In this document: positions 26,273 through 36,504 of the stretch, piece by piece
Layout of the letters: every line of letters begins with the position of its first letter
How positions within the stretch are numbered: the stretch's first letter is position 1
Origin: an uncultured Chitinophagaceae bacterium
GTDB lineage: Bacteria; Bacteroidota; Bacteroidia; Chitinophagales; Chitinophagaceae
Reading direction: 5' to 3'
Length of the DNA stretch: 64,000 nucleotides
Assembly: GCA_964422465.1 (NCBI GenBank)
Contig: CAYRBD010000005.1
Span: 681-64,680 of the forward strand
Notes under the pieces: model-generated
What the model was told of the DNA's origin: nothing
The model's database searches: none
Seen by the model: the letters and a program-made list of their open reading frames with translations, nothing else
Made by a program: the position numbers and the translations under genes

Positions 26273-27847
26273 ATGCCCACCATAAAAACACAACAAACAA
26301 ACATAGCCAACATAACAAGGGTCTTGCTCATTTCAACGGCCATGATTTGTGCATTGATTGAATTAATAGATGCTACCATTGTCAATGTAGCGCTGCCGGA
26401 AATAGCCAGTGGAATTGGCGCTACCCGAACGGAAGTAGCCTGGGTGACGGTAGCATACAGTATTGGAAATATCATTATCATTCCACTTTCCGGCATGCTT
26501 TCAGACTGGTTTGGCCGGAAGGCCTATTTCACCACCTCGGTACTTCTTTTCACTTTCAGTTCCCTGATGTGTGGCCTTTCTACTTCGCTCTGGGAAATCA
26601 TCTTATGGCGGTGTATCCAGGGAATGGGCGGCGGCGGATTGATGACCACCGCACAAAGCATTGTTATCGGCGCTTTTCCCGAAGAAAAAATCAATACGGC
26701 CAATACCATTTTCGGTATAGGGTTAATGGCAGGCCCTATTTTAGGCCCACTCGTTGGCGGTATAATCGTCGAACACCTTTCCTGGCACTGGATATTTTTT
26801 GTAAATCTTCCGGCGGGCGCCATCGCAGCCGTATGTTCGCTATTATATGTATCCAATCTGGAAGGAAGCGTCAAACCTAAAAAGATGGATTTCCTGGGTA
26901 TTGCTTTCCTGATTGTCGGAATTGGTTCGTTGGAATTTGTTTTGGAAGAAGGCGGGGTTTATGATTGGTTTAGCAGTACGGCAATCTTGCTGTTTTTCAT
27001 TATTGCTGTTTTAAGCCTTATTGCCTTTGTGATTCGGGAATTAAGTACAGAGGAGCCGGCCGTCAACCTTCGGCTATTAAAGAATTATAACCTGTCGATG
27101 GGCGTCTTTTTGATGTTCCTTTTTGGGGGGATCATGATCGGTTCAAAGTTCTTTTTCCCACTTTTTGTCAGAGCCTCCCTGCAATGGACAGCTATGCAAA
27201 CCGGCTTTATTCTCGCAAGTTTTGCCCTCGGCACCATTCCATCAATGTTAATATTCAGAAAGATTTTGGATAAAGGCGCGTCCCCCAAAATAGTCATGTT
27301 AATTGGACTGGGTTTGATGAGTTTACAACTTTTTATTTTCTCTTTTTCATCACCGGCAGCCGGGGCGGGTTATTTTGTCTGGCCGATTATTATCGGCGGA
27401 TTGGGTGCCGGAGCTTTAATGTTGCCCATCATGTCCTTCACGCTCTCCGGATTACGCGGTTCACAATTGGCCCAGGGAACCGGATTATCCAATTTGTTTA
27501 AACGCCTTGGGAGCGTCATCGGGATTGCGCTTTTAAATGTTTATCTCGACCATCAAACCGCAAAAGTAGGATCGGGAATGGCCTCTCACCTTTCCGCCTT
27601 TAATCCCTTAACCCAGGAAAGATTAGAAGGGCTCAAACAGATGTTCCTCTCCGCCGGATATGCTACTGATGAAGCCATAAAAGCAGCTTACCAAATGATG
27701 GGAAATATATTGGGGCAACAACAATTAATGGTCACTTATGATCACGGATATTTTTTGATGGGCGCCTTACTCCTCCTGGTTTGTACCCCAATTATCCTAT
27801 TGTTAAAAAAGGTTAAAGAGAAGAAAAAACAAGAAACAGCCGCTTGA
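26273..27847 (+). CDS. MFS drug:H+ antiporter, DHA2 (EmrB/QacA) family, 14 TM
   Basis: 524 aa. Motifs LSGMLSDWFGRK and CIQGMGGGGLM are typical of DHA2. The start lies 1 nt after the HlyD stop. Confidence 0.9.
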   Translation: MPTIKTQQTNIANITRVLLISTAMICALIELIDATIVNVALPEIASGIGATRTEVAWVTVAYSIGNIIIIPLSGMLSDWFGRKAYFTTSVLLFTFSSLMCGLSTSLWEIILWRCIQGMGGGGLMTTAQSIVIGAFPEEKINTANTIFGIGLMAGPILGPLVGGIIVEHLSWHWIFFVNLPAGAIAAVCSLLYVSNLEGSVKPKKMDFLGIAFLIVGIGSLEFVLEEGGVYDWFSSTAILLFFIIAVLSLIAFVIRELSTEEPAVNLRLLKNYNLSMGVFLMFLFGGIMIGSKFFFPLFVRASLQWTAMQTGFILASFALGTIPSMLIFRKILDKGASPKIVMLIGLGLMSLQLFIFSFSSPAAGAGYFVWPIIIGGLGAGALMLPIMSFTLSGLRGSQLAQGTGLSNLFKRLGSVIGIALLNVYLDHQTAKVGSGMASHLSAFNPLTQERLEGLKQMFLSAGYATDEAIKAAYQMMGNILGQQQLMVTYDHGYFLMGALLLLVCTPIILLLKKVKEKKKQETAA

Positions 27848-27875
27848 TTTTATAAAGATAATAAAGCAAATAAAA

Positions 27876-29195
27876 ATGAAAAAAATACTCGTTATCGCAT
27901 TCTTGGGAATAAGTTTTACGCTTCGTGCCCAGACAGCAAATAAAAAGGAAATCAGTCTGCAACAAGCCATTCAAATCGGATTGCAAAACCGCAACGATTT
28001 AAAAGCGGAAAAAATCAATACCAATCTGGCAAAAAACAACATAATACAAAACAAGAAAGCCTGGATACCGGAGCTGAAAGCAGAAGGCAATGTCCAATAC
28101 AATACGCAACTCTCTCCTACTTTTATTCCAAAAGGTTTCTTGGGATTTGATGAGGGTGGATTGGTGGCATTAGGTGCCAAAAGTACATCTGCTTTTGGCT
28201 TATCCTTAAAGCAAATTATTTTCAAACCCGGGATCAATACCGATGTAAAATTAGCCAAAGTCAACCTGGCTTTGCAAAAAGAAAAAATTCGGAGTAACAA
28301 GATTGATATAAAAAACAACATTGCTACTGCTTATTTAAATGTACTGTTAAAAAAGTTACAAGTTCAAATTGCCAAAAATGAAGAAATCCGTTTTGAAACC
28401 TACAAAAATTTGGCTGAAGGGAAATATAAAAATGGCACATTGATCAAAAACGATTATCTACGGGCAAAATTAGATGATAAAAATGCCAAAATAAATACCA
28501 AAACAGCAGAACAAAATTACGAATTAGCCAAAGTATTTTTAAAATATCAGATGAATATCCCCAAAGAAACTTCAATTATCTTAACCGACAGCATTGGCCA
28601 TCTTTCTTTTATTCCTTTGAATAAAAATACTATTCTACCATTGAAAAACCGAACTGAAATAAAACAATTAAAATTACAGCAACAACAGAACAGTTTGCAG
28701 ATTAGAAAAATCCGGCAAAATGCACTTCCTACGGTATCTTTCATAGGTTATTATGCACAATCCTATCAAAATCAAAACTTCCATTATGATGAATCAAAAT
28801 GGTGGGCGCCGAACAGTTATATAGGACTGCAATTCAGTATCCCTCTTACAGAAAACATCAGTAATAAAAGCAATATCCGAAAACAGGAATGGCAGCGACA
28901 ACAATTGAAGTTACAATTAAAACAGGAACAATCCGACATCCATTACCAGGTGCAAAAGGCAGCTACGGATTTACAGAATACCACCGAAAATATGCAGTCT
29001 GCAAAAGCCAATTACAAGCTGTCACAAATCATTTATAAAAACCAACAAAAGCAATCTGCTATTGGCGTATTCCATTACAGCGATTTACTGGATACCGAAA
29101 AATCTTTGAACAAAGCGGAACAGAATTATATCCAAACGGTATATGATTATATGATGGCAAAAATTGCTTATAGAAAGGCATTAGCGGAATTTTAA
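27876..29195 (+). CDS. TolC family outer membrane efflux protein
   Basis: Signal peptide ending RAQ and two repeated coiled-coil/barrel halves. Third gene of the MFP-MFS-OMF cassette. Markedly AT-rich. Confidence 0.85.
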   Translation: MKKILVIAFLGISFTLRAQTANKKEISLQQAIQIGLQNRNDLKAEKINTNLAKNNIIQNKKAWIPELKAEGNVQYNTQLSPTFIPKGFLGFDEGGLVALGAKSTSAFGLSLKQIIFKPGINTDVKLAKVNLALQKEKIRSNKIDIKNNIATAYLNVLLKKLQVQIAKNEEIRFETYKNLAEGKYKNGTLIKNDYLRAKLDDKNAKINTKTAEQNYELAKVFLKYQMNIPKETSIILTDSIGHLSFIPLNKNTILPLKNRTEIKQLKLQQQQNSLQIRKIRQNALPTVSFIGYYAQSYQNQNFHYDESKWWAPNSYIGLQFSIPLTENISNKSNIRKQEWQRQQLKLQLKQEQSDIHYQVQKAATDLQNTTENMQSAKANYKLSQIIYKNQQKQSAIGVFHYSDLLDTEKSLNKAEQNYIQTVYDYMMAKIAYRKALAEF

Positions 29196-29199
29196 TAGT

Positions 29200-30201
29200 T
29201 TAACCACCAAAAATCTCTGCTATTATTTTGAAGGATTTCATTTTGGCTTCCTGATCATAGATGTATCCGGTAACCATTATTTCATCTGCATCGGTCTCGT
29301 CCAAAAACTGTTGTAATTGTAAAGCGATGGTTTCTTTACTTCCGATGAAAGAATAAGTCATCATTTGTTTGACGGCAGCTTCCTGTTGTGGCGACCAAAT
29401 TTTGCTCATATCGGTCGGAGGTTGCAGCGGTTTCCGATCATCTGTGATAATTCCAAGCGCCATTTGATAAAAAGAAGTAGCAAGATGCAGGGCCTCTTCA
29501 TCCGTATCGGCAGCCATAACGTTTACACAAGGCATAAGATAGGGCTTCTGCAACTGTTCTGAAGGCGTAAATCGTTCCCGATGTATCCGCAGCGCTTCCA
29601 GAAGGTAAGTGGGAGCAAAATGGCTGGCAAAAGAAAAAGGCAAACCCAGCATAGCCGAAAGCTGTGCACTATACAGGCTGGAACCTAACAACCAGAGTGG
29701 TATTCTTGTTCCCGTTCCGGGAGTCGCCCGCACTCTGGCCTGTGGATCTTCTGACCAAAGATAGTTACGCAGTTCGATCACCTCTTCAGGGAAATCATCT
29801 ACCGAACCCTGTCGCCTTCTTCTGAGGGCAAAAGAGGTGACATTATCCGTACCAGGAGCTCTTCCCAATCCAAGATCAATACGATCAGGAAACAAGGAAG
29901 CCAGCGTACCGAATTGTTCTGCAATGATCAGCGGAGCATGATTGGGAAGCATGATCCCACCGGAGCCCACCCGGATATGAGAGGTGCCATTGGCAATATA
30001 ACCTATCAGTACAGCGGTAGCAGAACTTGCAATATTAGGCATGTTGTGATGCTCGGCATACCAAAGCCGCTTGTAACCCAACGATTCTGCTATCTGGGCC
30101 AGCTTCAGACTTTTATGAAAAGAATCTGCTGGCGTTTCTCCTTCCAGGATAGGGGCCAGGTCTAAAATACTGACGGGGATATCAGCTAATTTTTTGGACA
30201 T
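29200..30201 (-). CDS. LLM-class flavin-dependent oxidoreductase (luciferase-like, YhbW-type)
   Basis: [14 protein letters not shown]...[12 protein letters not shown]...[13 protein letters not shown]...[11 protein letters not shown] is the characteristic N-terminal half of this family. Confidence 0.85.
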   Translation of the reverse strand: MSKKLADIPVSILDLAPILEGETPADSFHKSLKLAQIAESLGYKRLWYAEHHNMPNIASSATAVLIGYIANGTSHIRVGSGGIMLPNHAPLIIAEQFGTLASLFPDRIDLGLGRAPGTDNVTSFALRRRRQGSVDDFPEEVIELRNYLWSEDPQARVRATPGTGTRIPLWLLGSSLYSAQLSAMLGLPFSFASHFAPTYLLEALRIHRERFTPSEQLQKPYLMPCVNVMAADTDEEALHLATSFYQMALGIITDDRKPLQPPTDMSKIWSPQQEAAVKQMMTYSFIGSKETIALQLQQFLDETDADEIMVTGYIYDQEAKMKSFKIIAEIFGG

Positions 30202-30256
30202 GCAGTTTTAACATAAGGTAACAAGATGAGGTTGTATTTTGTTCAAACCCTTACCC

Positions 30257-30583
30257 TCAGGAAGAAACCACTTTTAGTCCGGCAATGGAACCGATTAACA
30301 AAAACAAGAAAAATAACCGCCAGAACGTAGCCGGTTCCCTAAAGAAAAAAATCCCGATGAGCGCGGTCCCAACTGCACCGATTCCGGTCCATACCGCATA
30401 GGCGGTCCCGATAGGAAGTGTTTGGGTGGCTTTGATCAATAACAGCATACTGATCACCAGGCAGACCACAAAGCCTGCATACCAATAAACGACTGCCGCC
30501 CCAGAGGCGGTTCTCGCCTTACCAAGGCAGGAGGCAAAACCCATTTCGAAAAAGCCTGCTATGATGAGTATAACCCAATTCAT
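30257..30583 (-). CDS. sugE: SMR family small multidrug resistance / SugE (Gdx-like) transporter
   Basis: 108 aa with 4 TM helices and the conserved membrane Glu in IIAGFFEMGFA. SugE-like motifs LPIGTAYAVWTGIGAVG. Confidence 0.85.
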   Translation of the reverse strand: MNWVILIIAGFFEMGFASCLGKARTASGAAVVYWYAGFVVCLVISMLLLIKATQTLPIGTAYAVWTGIGAVGTALIGIFFFREPATFWRLFFLFLLIGSIAGLKVVSS

Positions 30584-30612
30584 TATAAATGTATTGTCTT
30601 GTTTTGAAAAAA

Positions 30613-30620
30613 CAAAAGTA
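30613..30620 (-). promoter_or_regulatory. -7 promoter box TACTTTTG for sugE
   Basis: Plus-strand CAAAAGTA lies 30 nt upstream of the ATG at 30583. Confidence 0.4.
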
Positions 30621-30643
30621 AGAAAAGTACCTGGTAAAAGGGA

Positions 30644-31396
30644 TCAAAGAGTAGCCCGCCATATCAGGGAAGCTGCACTTCCTCTCCAGGACTTTGTAAA
30701 TTGAGTCAGCTCGGATATATATTTTTCACGGGTAACGGTTTCCGTCTTTTTGGGTAGGTCAAAGGGTTTAAATTCCGGGGCGGAGAAGGTAACTTTGGTA
30801 GCAAACCAGGTAGTATAAAGGCGGGGAATAGCCAGCCCCAGGATCATCCCCGGCAATCCGTTGAAACTTTCCGGCCCGCCGCTTACCATGATCTGATCTG
30901 TATAAAAGGCGACCACTACTACGCTGTCGTCTATAGTGGTAATTGCTTTCCGACATGAATATCCGGCAATTGAGCGGATATCATCTTCCAGCTTCCACCG
31001 GTATTTGGGAAGGCTGTCAGTGATTAAATAATTTCTTTCATAAATCTTTTTTAACGCTTTTTGGGTCTGTTTTTTTAAATCGCTCTCCACCTGGTTTTGA
31101 GAGGCTACCCGACTGTTTCCTAAAAAAGAAAATGATCTTCCTGATTCTTCTGCAGTTTCTGGTTGGAAAACGTATTCTGTTTTTTGTTGATCAAAATTCA
31201 AGGTAAAATAATCTTTAACATCTTCCGGTGTCTTTTGTATAAATTGCCGGATCCATTTATACTGATCTTCTAACTGCATCGCCAGTTTCAGGTTGAAGGT
31301 TCGCTGATAAGTGACTTCCCCCCGCATATAAAATTGAGCACTTACGGTGAAAGGTAAAAAACAAAGGAAGAGTAAAACGAAAGTTTTAGGTGTCAT
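30644..31396 (-). CDS. GLPGLI family protein
   Basis: Signal peptide ending SAQ and the eponymous motif as GLPGMILGL. Size is typical of this Bacteroidota-restricted family. Confidence 0.8.
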   Translation of the reverse strand: MTPKTFVLLFLCFLPFTVSAQFYMRGEVTYQRTFNLKLAMQLEDQYKWIRQFIQKTPEDVKDYFTLNFDQQKTEYVFQPETAEESGRSFSFLGNSRVASQNQVESDLKKQTQKALKKIYERNYLITDSLPKYRWKLEDDIRSIAGYSCRKAITTIDDSVVVVAFYTDQIMVSGGPESFNGLPGMILGLAIPRLYTTWFATKVTFSAPEFKPFDLPKKTETVTREKYISELTQFTKSWRGSAASLIWRATL

Positions 31397-31429
31397 TTTT
31401 TTTTGATTTTCAATGATAAATTATTCCTT

Positions 31430-34201
31430 TTATTTTCTGCCTGCACTTCCTGTTTTTGTAAAATTCCAGGTAATACTTAGCATAAAATAGCGCTGAATGG
31501 TATTGTAACTGGTCTCTGAAATTTGGTTGGCAGAAGTAATCCGGGAATAACCTACATTTTGATTCAGAATATCATTGGCATAAGCTTTCAATACCAGGGA
31601 CTGGTCTTTCAGGAAAGCCCGGCTCAACCATCCATTCCATAGAAATACTTTATTTTGTTTATCTGCCTCGCTGAGCTGGCTGCGAAATTCCCAGCCAACT
31701 GTTGTTCCTATTTTGAAACGCATTGGCAACTGAAAAGAAGCATCCAGGTTCTGTTGAAAATTCCAGTATTGGGTTTTCAGGTCTGTCCGAATTTGAGAAA
31801 CCGTACTATTATAAGCAGGGCTAAAGGTGTAACTTAACTGGATGGTGGTATCCTTATAATAATCTAAAGAAAGGCTGGGAGAGAAGCTCCAGGTGCTGTT
31901 GCTATTGGCTTTGTTGTTGATAAAATTATGAGTCCGGTTAAAATTAGCATTGGCGCCCACCCTAGCCCGGAAATTACCCACAATCCTTCTTCCAAAACTG
32001 GAATATATCCCTCCATTGTAATTGCCTTTGACGTTTACATATTGATAGGTGCGCCGCCCCGAGTGATCAATATTTTGTCTTTGGGTAATGGCATTTTGCT
32101 CAAAAGCAAAATTGGCATTTACAAAAACACTCTGGCTGGTCAAAACTTTAAAATTATAATAACTCAAACGGAAATTATGATGAAAAGCCTGTTTCAGATC
32201 CGGATTGCCAATTGCTATATTCAAAGGGTCTTCGTTATTACGGACGGGTTGTAGTTGCTGCATGGAAGGCTGCTGACTTCGGCCATTGTAATTAAAATTA
32301 AAACTGGATTGTTGGCTTTTTCTAAAGTTTAGCGAAACACTAGGAAAGAAATTAAGGTAATGATACCGGAAGGCAGAATCGGCCATCAGGTCTTTTTGAT
32401 TATAGTCTGTAGTAGAAATATCGCCGCCAATGTTTACCCGGAGTTTCTTTTTAGGATTATATTGAAATCGGATACCTCCTCTGTTGTTTAAGATATCATA
32501 GACATAATGACTGCTGTATAAAGAATCCAGTAGTTCATATTGATGTGCACCTCCCGGCTCGGGATTAAAAGATTGAATTTGTGATTCCTGGTTATTGACG
32601 TTCAACTGATAATTAAATAATAAAAACAGGTCTTTTGTCAGCGGTTCGGTATAATTCAGACTTAGGCCCACGGATTGGCTTTTGTTATCATTAATTTTTC
32701 GCTGATCTATTTTTTTCGTACTGTCGATAGTGTATAAATGATATTCTGATTGTTGAAAACCGTTGCTCTCCGAATTGCTCCCGTTCAACGATAGACTCGC
32801 AGAGAAGGATCGTCCTTTTTTCCTGAATTTTTTCCTGTAATTAAGATAGGCGTTGACGTTTTTATTTTCTCCGGAGTTCGTTTGTGTTTGTTCATTTTTA
32901 TTGATCAGTTGTCCATTTGTGGCTTTGGCTTCCGATTTGCTGTAGCTGGTATTGTTGCTATTGCCGATCCCGCCATTTGCCCTAATCCTGAAATCAGACA
33001 GGGAATCCAGTTGATATTCCCCATTGAAATTGAGGTTGTGACTGACCTGAGAATTGTAGTTTTCTGCATTGCTATTGTTAAAATATTGCGTATCCGGCAA
33101 GATGTATTGGGTAATATTGTTGTTTACAGCTTCAATATTGTTTTTGGCCACATTGTAGGAAGTGTTGATTTTTAAAGAATCTCCCAACCAGGCATTGCCA
33201 TAATGTACACCGGCATTCCAGGTTTTAGGCAGGCCTTGTCCCCTGAAGTTTCCATTAAAACCATACGCATCGTTTCCGGAACTGTTCATCGTAATATATA
33301 CGCCCCCGTCTTCCACGCGGGTATTTACACCACTGCCGTATTTTCTGCGGTCTTGAAACCCCAGTCCTCCCGTCTCCGTATTGGACATAATAGCATAAGC
33401 AGATATCTTACGCTTCCCTTTAAAGGCATTAATCATGGCTTCATTCTGCCAATATTTTGAAGTTCCGCCGCCTGCCGAGAGTTTCCCAAAATAACCACGC
33501 TTGGCATTTGCTTTTAGTTTCAGGTTTATGGTTTTGACCCTTTTCCCATCATCAATGCCCGTAAACTCAGCTTCATCAGTTTTTTTGTCATATACCTGCA
33601 CCGCATCTACCGAGGAAGCCCGAAGCATCTTGGCTACCATAGCCGGGTCATCGCTAAAAAACTCATCGCCGTCCACCAGCATCTTCTCCACAGTTTGCCC
33701 ATAGGCTTTAATGGAGCCATCGCTGCCGACCTCCAGACCCGGCAATTGTTTGAGCAGGGCATCTACGTTATCATACTGCCCGGTTTTGAAACTGTCAGCC
33801 GCGTATTCAATGGTATCCCCTTTGATCGTAATCGCCTGCCGCCCATTGATCACCACCTCTTTCAGCAAAATTTCTCTGGGCGTTAGCGGAACAACCCCTA
33901 CATCCGTATCCGATTTTGTTACCTCTATCTGACGAACCACACTGGCAAAACGCGGATTTTCATACAGCAACAAATAGGCTCCCGGCCGGTTAACGGAAAG
34001 CACAAAATGGCCCTTTTCATCTGCCCGGGTAAAGGCCTGTAAAATAGAATCGGAAGCATTAATAATTGAGATGGATGTATATTGGGTAAAGCTATAATTG
34101 ACTGTGTCCTTGACCGTCCCCCGAATGGTGTATGAGGATTGAGCATGAAGTGAGCAGGAGATTCCCACTAATATTAGAATAAAAATACAGCCTTTTTTCA
34201 T
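31430..34201 (-). CDS. Outer membrane beta-barrel protein with CarbopepD_reg-like and plug-like N-terminal domains
   Basis: Signal peptide ending HAQ, a carboxypeptidase-regulatory-like fold (YTIRGTVKD...GHFVLSV), a plug-like segment (LPGLEVGSDGSIKAYGQ...DGDEF), and a long Y/N/S-rich barrel ending in WNFTKTG. Confidence 0.8.
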   Translation of the reverse strand: MKKGCIFILILVGISCSLHAQSSYTIRGTVKDTVNYSFTQYTSISIINASDSILQAFTRADEKGHFVLSVNRPGAYLLLYENPRFASVVRQIEVTKSDTDVGVVPLTPREILLKEVVINGRQAITIKGDTIEYAADSFKTGQYDNVDALLKQLPGLEVGSDGSIKAYGQTVEKMLVDGDEFFSDDPAMVAKMLRASSVDAVQVYDKKTDEAEFTGIDDGKRVKTINLKLKANAKRGYFGKLSAGGGTSKYWQNEAMINAFKGKRKISAYAIMSNTETGGLGFQDRRKYGSGVNTRVEDGGVYITMNSSGNDAYGFNGNFRGQGLPKTWNAGVHYGNAWLGDSLKINTSYNVAKNNIEAVNNNITQYILPDTQYFNNSNAENYNSQVSHNLNFNGEYQLDSLSDFRIRANGGIGNSNNTSYSKSEAKATNGQLINKNEQTQTNSGENKNVNAYLNYRKKFRKKGRSFSASLSLNGSNSESNGFQQSEYHLYTIDSTKKIDQRKINDNKSQSVGLSLNYTEPLTKDLFLLFNYQLNVNNQESQIQSFNPEPGGAHQYELLDSLYSSHYVYDILNNRGGIRFQYNPKKKLRVNIGGDISTTDYNQKDLMADSAFRYHYLNFFPSVSLNFRKSQQSSFNFNYNGRSQQPSMQQLQPVRNNEDPLNIAIGNPDLKQAFHHNFRLSYYNFKVLTSQSVFVNANFAFEQNAITQRQNIDHSGRRTYQYVNVKGNYNGGIYSSFGRRIVGNFRARVGANANFNRTHNFINNKANSNSTWSFSPSLSLDYYKDTTIQLSYTFSPAYNSTVSQIRTDLKTQYWNFQQNLDASFQLPMRFKIGTTVGWEFRSQLSEADKQNKVFLWNGWLSRAFLKDQSLVLKAYANDILNQNVGYSRITSANQISETSYNTIQRYFMLSITWNFTKTGSAGRK

Positions 34202-34262
34202 AAAAAAAATATGATTAAAACGTAAAGCTACGTAAAAATAATAGTTAAACCAAATTATCCTG

Positions 34263-36488
34263 CTATGGGGTCACCAGTTTTTTCAGCTCTCTGAAACTTT
34301 TTTGATTGTTTATATTTTGAATAGCGTCTGCTATATCCAATTTTTCCTGTTCGGTAAGGTGCCAGTTGAGTGCTGCTCCTTTATTTTTCTTCCGTGGTAC
34401 ATATTGAAAAATAAGCCGGTGAAAAGGAACAGCAATGAAATGAGAAGCATAAGCTACCAGATCATCCTGTTCAAAATCCTGGAGGGTGGACCAATTGTGC
34501 TGCATAGAAAACAAAGGGTCAATCAACCGGGCGGCAAATCCTTTACTTTTATCTAAAGACCTGATTTCATCTTTTTCCCGGTCTCTTATTTGCATGAGAA
34601 TAACCGTACCTGCATTTTGGTTAATCCAATCCCGGAAGACATGCAGGAAACGAAGGCTGGTTTCTTTCCCAAAGTTATCCCTCAACCCGGCATCCATTAC
34701 TTCAATGGTTGGCCGGGTAGGCAAATATACGTTGGGTAACACGTAAGGAAACGTGGCATTCATCCGGATGGCAGTTGTAAACAACAGGTTTTCGGGATTT
34801 TGCTTTGAAAAATAGGTACGGAAGTCCACTCCATCTATATCCCTTTCACTCCGCAAACTATTTTCATAGGTAGGGTAGGTGAGGTAGCTGACTTTTTGTG
34901 GAGAAATAAGCAGTTTTCGTCCATCCGCAGTAATTGTAGGCGATAAAATAAGCATGGGAATAAGCGCCTGTTGTTCAGGTTGCCGATAGGCCTTCAATGT
35001 TTTATCCAATTTCCAGTCCAGGTTAATATTTAATTGCCGTTCAAAGGCATAACCCCTGTCTTTTGGATATATATTACCATCCAATTTGAAATTTTGAAAG
35101 GGAGTAAAAAAATCATTCACGGCAAAGGAAGACATGACAGAATTGAGCAGGTCTTTGGAAACATTTTCCACATATTCAGGGTCCAGGAGGTCAATCTTTT
35201 TTCCCTTTAATTTTTCCAGGTACAATTCCCGGTAATAGGCAGCCGCAACCATCCCACCTGAAGCGCCCGTTATCAAAACAGTATGCCGCATAAGCTGGCC
35301 GCCCAGCAGGCTGTCGGCATGCTGAAACACGTCCATACACCAAGAAGCCGAGCGGCTGCCGCCCCCACTCACATTAAGGAGAATCAACGGCGGTTTCATA
35401 CCTGAAGGAAATTTATTTTTCCAGTTGTTGAGGATGGCAATCGTTTTCTGCTTATCCTTATAGGCTCTTTCCGGCGTAAAAAGGGTTTCGAGTGACTTAA
35501 TGCTATAGGTCGGGCGCTCCTTTCTATGGGTGTAATCCAAACCATAAGCTTTGCTCTGTATGTCAATAATATTACGCTTAAGAGCCCAATTAAAAATAAG
35601 GACGATAGCAATCAACACGGGGATGGTCCAGTCCTTAAAGAGATAAGCAAATGCTCCCGACAGGGCAATCAATACGGAAATAAAAATGAGTACACTTGCC
35701 CCCGCCGGGATTCGGAATGCAGCATACTTGGTCAGGTAGCTTAGCAGGATCAAAAAGATAAAAGCAAAAGCCACCATCAGCACTGCCGCACCATGGTGTT
35801 TCTTAAAAATGTCATCCAGAAAGTGACGGTCATAATGGGAAACATTTCGCGCCTTTTTGGGCGTGAAAAAAGAGTTAAGGTAGGTATCTATCTTTATGGT
35901 ATTATCATCCAGTTGCAGATTGGGAGTGGTAACCTGCTCAAGCAGTTTCCGGAGATTCCCGCTTTGCTTTCGGAAAGCCCGGGTAATGTTTTTGTCCGTC
36001 CCAAAAAAATAAGTAAAAGAGATGAATAACACAAACAAAAAACCCAATACCAGGCCGATCTCCAGCATAATAATATTGGAAATGGAGTTTAGCTCATTAA
36101 AGCGCTGAAAGGTAAATTGCCTGATCATAAAAAACAGCAAAAAGGCCAGGGGAATAATAAAGTTGTTCAGGGCATATTTGCCAAACGGATTACTGGTAGT
36201 GGCCAGAAAGCGAAAATATTTACTGTTCAGAATAAAAGTGGTAATCTGCCAGGAGACTACAAAAATACCATAAGAAGCACCCAGTATAAAAGTGCTGTAA
36301 AAACTCACCCGCCCTAAATATTCGGGCGCGAGCAAAATGGACTCCGCACCGAATATTTTTCCCAGGCTGTCCTGAACCGTAGCAAATAAAATAAGCCAGA
36401 AGATCAGCAACATCTGATAACGCCTCAAATGCAGAAAAAGCAATTGTAGCGGCATGGAATGAATAAACCTGTACAGAAATGTCTTCAT
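34263..36488 (-). CDS. Patatin-like phospholipase with a ~300 aa polytopic N-terminal membrane domain
   Basis: Oxyanion motif SGGGSRSASW, nucleophile elbow GASGG, and a candidate Asp motif MDAGLRDN. The N-terminal third has about 7 hydrophobic helices. Confidence 0.8.
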   Translation of the reverse strand: MKTFLYRFIHSMPLQLLFLHLRRYQMLLIFWLILFATVQDSLGKIFGAESILLAPEYLGRVSFYSTFILGASYGIFVVSWQITTFILNSKYFRFLATTSNPFGKYALNNFIIPLAFLLFFMIRQFTFQRFNELNSISNIIMLEIGLVLGFLFVLFISFTYFFGTDKNITRAFRKQSGNLRKLLEQVTTPNLQLDDNTIKIDTYLNSFFTPKKARNVSHYDRHFLDDIFKKHHGAAVLMVAFAFIFLILLSYLTKYAAFRIPAGASVLIFISVLIALSGAFAYLFKDWTIPVLIAIVLIFNWALKRNIIDIQSKAYGLDYTHRKERPTYSIKSLETLFTPERAYKDKQKTIAILNNWKNKFPSGMKPPLILLNVSGGGSRSASWCMDVFQHADSLLGGQLMRHTVLITGASGGMVAAAYYRELYLEKLKGKKIDLLDPEYVENVSKDLLNSVMSSFAVNDFFTPFQNFKLDGNIYPKDRGYAFERQLNINLDWKLDKTLKAYRQPEQQALIPMLILSPTITADGRKLLISPQKVSYLTYPTYENSLRSERDIDGVDFRTYFSKQNPENLLFTTAIRMNATFPYVLPNVYLPTRPTIEVMDAGLRDNFGKETSLRFLHVFRDWINQNAGTVILMQIRDREKDEIRSLDKSKGFAARLIDPLFSMQHNWSTLQDFEQDDLVAYASHFIAVPFHRLIFQYVPRKKNKGAALNWHLTEQEKLDIADAIQNINNQKSFRELKKLVTP

Positions 36489-36504
36489 TAGCTAATTGGT
36501 TGTC

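Noticed and set aside
30584-30643. Possible guanidine riboswitch upstream of the SugE/Gdx-like SMR gene.
   Set aside because: Only 60 nt are available, and they hold a plain promoter box. I see no ykkC, mini-ykkC or guanidine-III-like conserved stems or ACGR motifs.
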